Shown in pieces: positions 26,673 through 32,000 of a stretch of 32,000 nucleotides of DNA. Under the pieces are notes generated by a model. That model was not told the origin of the DNA. It worked only from the letters and a program-made list of their open reading frames with translations, and ran no database searches. The DNA comes from Candidatus Saccharimonadota bacterium (lineage in GTDB: Archaea; Nanohalarchaeota; Nanosalinia; Nanosalinales; Nanosalinaceae): positions 210,001-242,000 of the forward strand of contig CP012986.1 in assembly GCA_001761425.1 (NCBI GenBank), read 5' to 3'. A program made the position numbers and the translations under genes. Numbering within the stretch: the first letter of the stretch is position 1; each line of letters starts with the position of its first letter.

Positions 26673-26766
26673 TTAAATCAACCCTATGCACAACTTACCA
26701 TGCTCGAATATAAAGATTGTAAATTGACTGTTTCTGGAAAATAGAGAAAGGATAAGAAAAAGAGTT

Positions 26767-27879
26767 CTAGATGAACTCTACACCGAGTTCCTGCTCGATC
26801 TCGTCCTCGTACTCGTCCTGATGCGTGTTGTCAGGTCCGTAGATCTGAGGGGAATCAACTCCTGTAACGATGATCATGGCCTGGAGACTGGAATCCATGT
26901 CCTCTCTGACCTGTGCTCCCCAGATGATCTTCGCAGATTCTGAGAGCTTTCCGGAAACAGTATTGACAACTTCCTGTGCCTCATTCAGTGAAAGGCCTGT
27001 GCCTCCTGTGACGTTGACAAGTGCGCCTTTACCGCCTTCAATCTCCACATCAAGAAGCGGGTTGCTTAAGGCCTTCTGTACGGCCTCTGTTGCTCTGGAG
27101 TCTGTGTCGGACTGTCCCATTCCGATCATGGCAATTCCTCCTTCGCCCATGACTGCGCGGATGTCCGCAAAGTCCAGGTTTACAAGGCCTGGCTTTGTGA
27201 CAAGTTCTGTTACTCCTTTGACTGCGTTTACGAGGATTTCGTCTGCGATCTTGAACGCTGTGTTCAGCGATACGTCTGGTACGATCTCTAGAAGTTTGTC
27301 GTTTGGAATTACGATCAGTGTGTCGACGACTTCTTCGAGTCTTTCAAGTCCGTATTCTGCGTTTTCCTGACGTGCATGTCCTTCCATTTCGAATGGAAGT
27401 GTGACGATTCCGACTGTGAGCGCGCCCTGTTTTTTGGCCTGTTCCGCGATGACTGGTGCTGAACCTGTTCCTGTTCCTCCTCCGAGTCCGCAGGTGATGA
27501 AGACCATGTCAGATCCTTCGACGGACTGTTTGATCTTCTGCTGGCTTTCCTTGGCGGATTCCTCTCCGACCTTTGGATCTGCTCCAGCTCCAAGGCCTCC
27601 TGTTAATTCTTTGCCGATAAGAACTTTTTCATCGGCGTTAGCGTAGAGAAGGTCCTGTGCATCGGTGTTCATAGCGATAGTTTCGCATCCTTCGATACCG
27701 ACTTCGACAAGTCTAGAAATAGTATTGTTTCCGGCTCCTCCAGAACCGATAACCTTGATATCGGCCTTTCTCTGCTCTATAAGCTCCTCAAGCTCATCGT
27801 CAATATCATGATTTTTCTGCTTCGACTGCGGGACATCGCCAGAACCTCCTTGCCTGGCCTGTTGTATTTGATCTTCCAT
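26767..27879 (-). CDS. ftsZ: cell division GTPase FtsZ
   Basis: 370 aa. [17 protein letters not shown] plus the tubulin signature [16 protein letters not shown], and the T7 region NLDFADI. Confidence 0.95.
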   Translation of the reverse strand: MEDQIQQARQGGSGDVPQSKQKNHDIDDELEELIEQRKADIKVIGSGGAGNNTISRLVEVGIEGCETIAMNTDAQDLLYANADEKVLIGKELTGGLGAGADPKVGEESAKESQQKIKQSVEGSDMVFITCGLGGGTGTGSAPVIAEQAKKQGALTVGIVTLPFEMEGHARQENAEYGLERLEEVVDTLIVIPNDKLLEIVPDVSLNTAFKIADEILVNAVKGVTELVTKPGLVNLDFADIRAVMGEGGIAMIGMGQSDTDSRATEAVQKALSNPLLDVEIEGGKGALVNVTGGTGLSLNEAQEVVNTVSGKLSESAKIIWGAQVREDMDSSLQAMIIVTGVDSPQIYGPDNTHQDEYEDEIEQELGVEFI

Positions 27880-27993
27880 CGGGCGACCACTCTTCTTATG
27901 TAATACAAGTAGTCACTAAGCTATATAAAAATGCCTAAAGTGCCGTTCCTCCAACTTATAAGGCCTGACAAAAAGAAAAACAGGAGGAAAAGT

Positions 27994-28653
27994 TTATTCC
28001 TCTTTCTCGCCGTCAACTACTTCAACTTCAAGGTCAGTGTACTCACTGATCTCCTCCGAAACCTCATCTAGAGCCTCCTGAGGCAGTTCATGGGAATGTC
28101 CATCATGGCTGTGGACTTTGTAGATCTTCGCTGTTCCATCCTCTATCTCGAAATCTCCGTGGCCTAGTCTGTACTCGAAGATTTTCTCAGCGACTTCTTC
28201 CTCATCCTCGACTGTGTCATCAATCTTCACCCAGTACTCAAGGTCTTTTCCAGACAATGGATGGTTGAAATCGATCCTGACACGTCCAGAACCTTTGGAA
28301 ATTACTTTCCCTCTTCTGTTCCCAATCATCAGTTCTTCGCCGACGCGGACCTGAACATCCTGACGCTTGAACTCTTTCTCAGGATAAGTCTCAATGTTGT
28401 CAGAATCACGGGAGCCATAGGCCTTCTCCGAAGGAACCTCGATCTCCTTCTCATCGCCTACTTCCATATCGTGAAGTGCTTCCTCAAGGCCTTCGATAAC
28501 GTATTCCTCGCCCAGAAGCACAGGGATAGGAGAATAGTTCCTTCCTTCCTGGTAAAGGCCTGAGTCTTTAGCTTTTTCCTCCTCTGTAGTATCAAACACG
28601 TTTCCGTCCTGCTTGCCAGTGTACCTGACAAGCACCATCTCACCGTTTTCCAT
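27994..28653 (-). CDS. FKBP-type peptidyl-prolyl cis-trans isomerase (SlyD-like)
   Basis: 219 aa. VLVRYTGKQDGNVFDTT...IPVLLGEEYVIEGLEEALHDMEVGDEKEIEVPSEKAYG, then an insert-in-flap region and NHPLSGKDLEYWVKI. Confidence 0.85.
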   Translation of the reverse strand: MENGEMVLVRYTGKQDGNVFDTTEEEKAKDSGLYQEGRNYSPIPVLLGEEYVIEGLEEALHDMEVGDEKEIEVPSEKAYGSRDSDNIETYPEKEFKRQDVQVRVGEELMIGNRRGKVISKGSGRVRIDFNHPLSGKDLEYWVKIDDTVEDEEEVAEKIFEYRLGHGDFEIEDGTAKIYKVHSHDGHSHELPQEALDEVSEEISEYTDLEVEVVDGEKEE

Positions 28654-28704
28654 AGTTAATTCACAGCAAGGAATTAGGTAACAAGTTATAACAAACGAAA
28701 GGCC

Positions 28705-29082
28705 TTACATCAGAAATCTCTCGATAGCTCTGTCCTCGAACTCCATGAATTTTGTGAAGAGGCCTATGTGATGGTCCAGAGTGACTAGGGAAGCGCCGGC
28801 GAAGCTGACGCCGAAATCGATCAGTGAAAAACTCCTGTACGGTAGAAAGGCCTGAACTGCTTCGATTCCCAGAGCTAGAAATCCGGCTGCCAGAATTGCC
28901 TCGAGATGGCCTTTCTTCGTGTCATGGAAGTTTACGAGAAGTGCTGAGGCCAGGACAAAGTAGGCTACGGCATGGGCTGGAAAACCTCCCGCGCTCACCG
29001 GACTGGACCTGGGGGAGATACTTCCGTAAGTTATCAGAGCTACTAGAAAGAGAAGGCCTAATCTGTTCAGGGTTTCTCTCAT
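28705..29082 (-). CDS. VanZ-like small membrane protein
   Basis: 125 aa with 4 hydrophobic segments. HAVAYFVLASAL... and GIEAVQAFLPYRSFSLIDFGVSFAGASL resemble the VanZ family pattern (E..Q...P.R..s..D). Confidence 0.6.
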   Translation of the reverse strand: MRETLNRLGLLFLVALITYGSISPRSSPVSAGGFPAHAVAYFVLASALLVNFHDTKKGHLEAILAAGFLALGIEAVQAFLPYRSFSLIDFGVSFAGASLVTLDHHIGLFTKFMEFEDRAIERFLM

Positions 29083-29137
29083 TTATCCCGGTTTTTTGAC
29101 TTGAGAGTTAAAAGAATTTTAACCCAATTTAAGGCCT

Positions 29138-29401
29138 ATGAGCTGGATTGAAGATCTGCCGAAAAAAATTTCTACGTCACTTCACAGGCTTCTCAATGAC
29201 ACTGAGAAATATGAGGAGACATACACGAAGGCAGAAAACGCTTCTGTCGGCCAGATATGGGTTGCAATGGCACAGATGAACAGGAGACTTGATAAGATGG
29301 AAGATATGTTACAGGCCCAGAGAAAAGCTATGAAGGAAAAGGGCGTCGATGTAGACAATCATCTTGACAGAAACCTGGAAGAAAGCCTTAAAAGATACTA
29401 G
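29138..29401 (+). CDS. hypothetical protein (87 aa)
   Basis: ORF-track entry. The ATG is directly preceded by AGGCCT (29132-29137). It is predicted to be helical. No family recognised. Confidence 0.5.
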   Translation: MSWIEDLPKKISTSLHRLLNDTEKYEETYTKAENASVGQIWVAMAQMNRRLDKMEDMLQAQRKAMKEKGVDVDNHLDRNLEESLKRY

Positions 29402-29408
29402 ATTATTT

Positions 29409-30209
29409 TTACTGTAACTGTTTTTCAGGCCTCTCGACCAGTTTAACGCCTTTATCCGAGAGTTCTACTCTATCTGCTTCCTCGTAGGCAAAGGCCATAT
29501 TCTGAGGATAGCCCGAAAAAATCTTATCTCTGTACTCTGCGATCATCTTGGCATCTCTTTTCACCTGTTGGTTGTCTGCAAGCCGGTAGATATCATTCAG
29601 GCCTTTACTGTGTCTTTCAACGTAGCCAAGCCTCTCCAAGGTCTGAAGATGCTTTTCAAGATCGATCTCGACCTCGTATTCGTCAAGAGAAAACTGATCT
29701 TCCATAGCACGGGTGCTGTACTCTGTGATATTTGCGCCTCTAAGCCTTTCCTCTCCGTAGAGCGACATGACGGCACATAAAGCTCCCATATTTCTCCTGT
29801 AATCAACAGAACCCTGTGCCAGATCGTTTCTCTCCGGACCCTCCCATAATGGCCAGTCATCCGGAGCCTCAAACTTCATGTATTCACTCGAAGCAGCCAG
29901 GGCCTCCAGCGAACCATTAAACTCCTCATACATCAAATCCTTCATCTCAGAGGCCTGAAAAGCAAATTCGGGGTTCAGCTTCACTTCTACTGTCTCGTTC
30001 TGAAAGCTCTCGGTAGAAACTATGCCGGCATCACGGAGATAAGCCACTTCGTTCGAGATATCTTCATCCAGCTCTGCCTTGATCTCCCTCAGTTCGAGAC
30101 GGGGAGACCTGTCACTGTCCCGAAACTTGATCAACTCTTTTTGATCTCCTAGAGCAGCTACAACAGCACTCAAAGCACCGGTACGCAACTTTTTTTCACG
30201 TTTCTCCAT
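29409..30209 (-). CDS. hypothetical protein with two winged-helix-like segments (266 aa)
   Basis: ORF-track entry. LREIKAELDEDISNEVAYLRDAGIV and LQTLERLGYVERHSKGLNDIYRL look wHTH-like. Its ATG (30209-30207) directly abuts the leuS stop (30212-30210). Confidence 0.6.
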   Translation of the reverse strand: MEKREKKLRTGALSAVVAALGDQKELIKFRDSDRSPRLELREIKAELDEDISNEVAYLRDAGIVSTESFQNETVEVKLNPEFAFQASEMKDLMYEEFNGSLEALAASSEYMKFEAPDDWPLWEGPERNDLAQGSVDYRRNMGALCAVMSLYGEERLRGANITEYSTRAMEDQFSLDEYEVEIDLEKHLQTLERLGYVERHSKGLNDIYRLADNQQVKRDAKMIAEYRDKIFSGYPQNMAFAYEEADRVELSDKGVKLVERPEKQLQ

Positions 30210-32000
30210 CTATTTGACCACTATCGCAGGCCTGCCAGGCTGAGCACGAGAGGCCTTATCCTCATCCGAGCTCTCCTCGCTTTCGACAGCGACTTCAACA
30301 TCGAACTCATCCTCGAACCGTTCCTGGTTTAATTCGAGAGCCTCTTCCTCCAGGTCAAGGCCTGTGAAGTCTCTCCTGTAACTTCCAGGGTTTTCAACCG
30401 CGTTGACAACTTCGTCATTGATTTGCTGTGCGTACTCCTGGAGATCCCCGTCAAGAACTTTATCCATGACTTCTCCTACATCTTTCGTACCCTGAATCGC
30501 TTTAAGAATTTTCTCACCGGCTTTGTACTTCCAGTCTGAGGCCTTGATGATCTTCACCTTCTCAGGTTCTCCCTCGATCATGGCAACGATCTCACGGATG
30601 TCAGAGGAGACACGGTCGAAGTAGGCGTCGATCTCTTCGGCTTCTTCATCGATAAGATCTTCATCGACTTCAGGCCAGTCTTCTTCGAGCATGAAGGCCT
30701 CGTTGCCGATTCTATCCCAGAGCTCCTCGGTGATGTGAGGTGCATAGGGACTGAGAAGCTTCAGGAGTGTATTGATGCCGTGTGACAGGACTTTGTCTTT
30801 TCCTCCCTGCTGTTCGTACCAGTAGAGCTTACTTAACAGGCGGTCGACTTCGTCGATAGCAAGATTGAAGTCATAATTCTCTGTATCTTTCGTGACTTTC
30901 TCGATGGCTCTCTGAATCCTGGAGGCCATGATACGGTCGAAGAGTTCTGCATCCTCTAGAGAAGGCCTCTCATCTGTTAAGGCCTCTTCGTTTTCCTTTA
31001 CTATTCTTTCGACTCTCTCAAGCATTTCTTCGGCAGCTTCTACTCCTTCTTCGCTCCAGTCCAGTTCATTTGTAGGGCCTGAAGCTCTGAGGATGAAAAC
31101 TCTTGCCGTATCTGCTCCATGCTCCTCTACAAGCTCGGTTGGATCTACGACGTTGTGTTTGGACTTGGACATCTTCCTGACGTCGACTTCGACTTCTCTA
31201 CCGCATTTTTCACATATGTTTTCCTGTTCGACTTCTTCAGGGAAGATCCATCCGTGTTCAGGACAGTTGTACGCTGGATGGTTCACCATTCCGAGTGTCA
31301 GAAGTCTTTCGAACGGTTCGTCTTCTCCAAGCATGTCTTTGTCTCTGAGGAACTTTGTGAAAAAGCGTGCGTACAGTAGATGCATGACTGCATGTTCTAT
31401 GCCTCCGATGTACTGGTCGACGTTCATCCAGGAATTTGCGTCTTCGATATCGAACGGAGCTGTCTCAAGCTCTGGTGAGATGTATCTGAGGAAGTACCAG
31501 GAGCTTCCGATGAACGTATCCATGGTATCTGTCTCTTTTCTTGCGTCTCCGCCACATTCAGGGCATTCGACCTCCTTCCAGCTCTCGGACGTCTCAATAG
31601 GATTACCTGTCTCAGTAAACTCCACATCATCGGGAAGTTCGACAGGCAGATCTTCTTCAGGTACTTTGACTGTTCCACATTCATCGCAGTGGATCATAGG
31701 GATCGGCGTCCCCCAGTACCTCTGACGGGAGATCAGCCAGTCACGCAGCTGATAGTTCACATCGGCCTCTCCAAGGCCTTCATCATCTAGTTCTTCGATC
31801 ATCTTTTCGATAGCGTCCTCCTTTTTCAGGCCGTTTAACTCTCCAGAATTGATGTGTTTACCGTCGCCCTCGTATGCACCTTCCTCTTCATAGGAATGAT
31901 CTCCTGAAGGCCTAACTACTTCCTGAACTTCAATATCATGTTCCTGGGCGAACTCGAAGTCCCTCTGATCGTGAGCCGGGACCGCCATGATCGCTCCGGT
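30210..32000 (-). CDS. leuS: leucyl-tRNA synthetase, C-terminal ~596 codons (gene runs off the right edge)
   Basis: The frame is open to position 32000 (…TGAIMAVPAHDQRDFEFA…). KMSKSKHNVV is the class I KMSKS motif. Zn-binding Cys pairs are present (CDECG, CPECGG, CEKCG). Confidence 0.93.
   Translation of the reverse strand, partial: TGAIMAVPAHDQRDFEFAQEHDIEVQEVVRPSGDHSYEEEGAYEGDGKHINSGELNGLKKEDAIEKMIEELDDEGLGEADVNYQLRDWLISRQRYWGTPIPMIHCDECGTVKVPEEDLPVELPDDVEFTETGNPIETSESWKEVECPECGGDARKETDTMDTFIGSSWYFLRYISPELETAPFDIEDANSWMNVDQYIGGIEHAVMHLLYARFFTKFLRDKDMLGEDEPFERLLTLGMVNHPAYNCPEHGWIFPEEVEQENICEKCGREVEVDVRKMSKSKHNVVDPTELVEEHGADTARVFILRASGPTNELDWSEEGVEAAEEMLERVERIVKENEEALTDERPSLEDAELFDRIMASRIQRAIEKVTKDTENYDFNLAIDEVDRLLSKLYWYEQQGGKDKVLSHGINTLLKLLSPYAPHITEELWDRIGNEAFMLEEDWPEVDEDLIDEEAEEIDAYFDRVSSDIREIVAMIEGEPEKVKIIKASDWKYKAGEKILKAIQGTKDVGEVMDKVLDGDLQEYAQQINDEVVNAVENPGSYRRDFTGLDLEEEALELNQERFEDEFDVEVAVESEESSDEDKASRAQPGRPAIVVK

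Larger units (their letters stand above)
368..31913. repeat. dispersed, highly over-represented hexamer palindrome AGGCCT (about 125-130 copies by manual scan)
   Basis: Manual line-by-line scan. The first copy is at 368-373 and the last at 31908-31913, averaging about one per 250 bp. It is often extended to AAGGCCTT. See findings. Confidence 0.8.

Noticed and set aside
24368-31725. Other long antisense ORFs in the track, for example 24368..24814, 26870..27370 and 30928..31725.
   Set aside because: Each lies opposite a confidently identified gene (spt5, ftsZ, leuS). Their Ser/Leu-rich composition is typical of antisense frames of acidic genes.
1-32000. Searched for CRISPR arrays, IS elements or transposases, integrases, toxin-antitoxin pairs, restriction-modification genes, rRNA and tRNA.
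   Set aside because: I saw no regularly spaced direct repeats, no terminal inverted repeats bounding an ORF, and no recognisable catalytic motifs of these families in any frame.

Overview
This looks like a core-genome segment of a halophilic archaeon. The informational genes are archaeal: RadB, Spt5, SecE, ribosomal proteins L11/L1/L10(P0)/L12(P1), an archaeal-type TyrRS and a type IA topoisomerase. Almost every protein is strongly acidic (D/E-rich), yet GC is only mid-40s % by eye. By inference, that combination points to a small-genome nanohaloarchaeon-like (DPANN) lineage rather than a classical high-GC haloarchaeon.

Coding density is high, with about 39 CDS:
- CDC48 (partial), RadB
- a pheA / aminotransferase / tyrA aromatic amino-acid module, with the aminotransferase frameshifted
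- topA, serS, ogt, tyrS, a YbaK-type editing protein, rtcA, hsp20, alaS
- the ftsZ-secE-spt5-rpl11-rpl1-rpl10-rpl12 supercluster, which carries two insertions
- an FKBP PPIase, a VanZ-like protein and leuS (partial)

I found no rRNA, tRNA, CRISPR array, transposase or integrase.

The strongest unexplained signal is at the DNA level. The palindrome AGGCCT occurs about 125-130 times (roughly one per 250 bp, against a rough random expectation of 5-10). It appears in all codon phases, on genes of both strands, and very often directly against stop or start codons.

Other points of interest:
- two paralogous ~350 nt non-coding segments, each followed by a small acidic ORF, flank topA
- two homopolymer-associated frameshifts
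- an opposite-strand gene splits rpl10 from rpl12
- the P0 tail lacks the usual C-terminal hydrophobic motif

All counts and alignments were done by eye and need to be recomputed.
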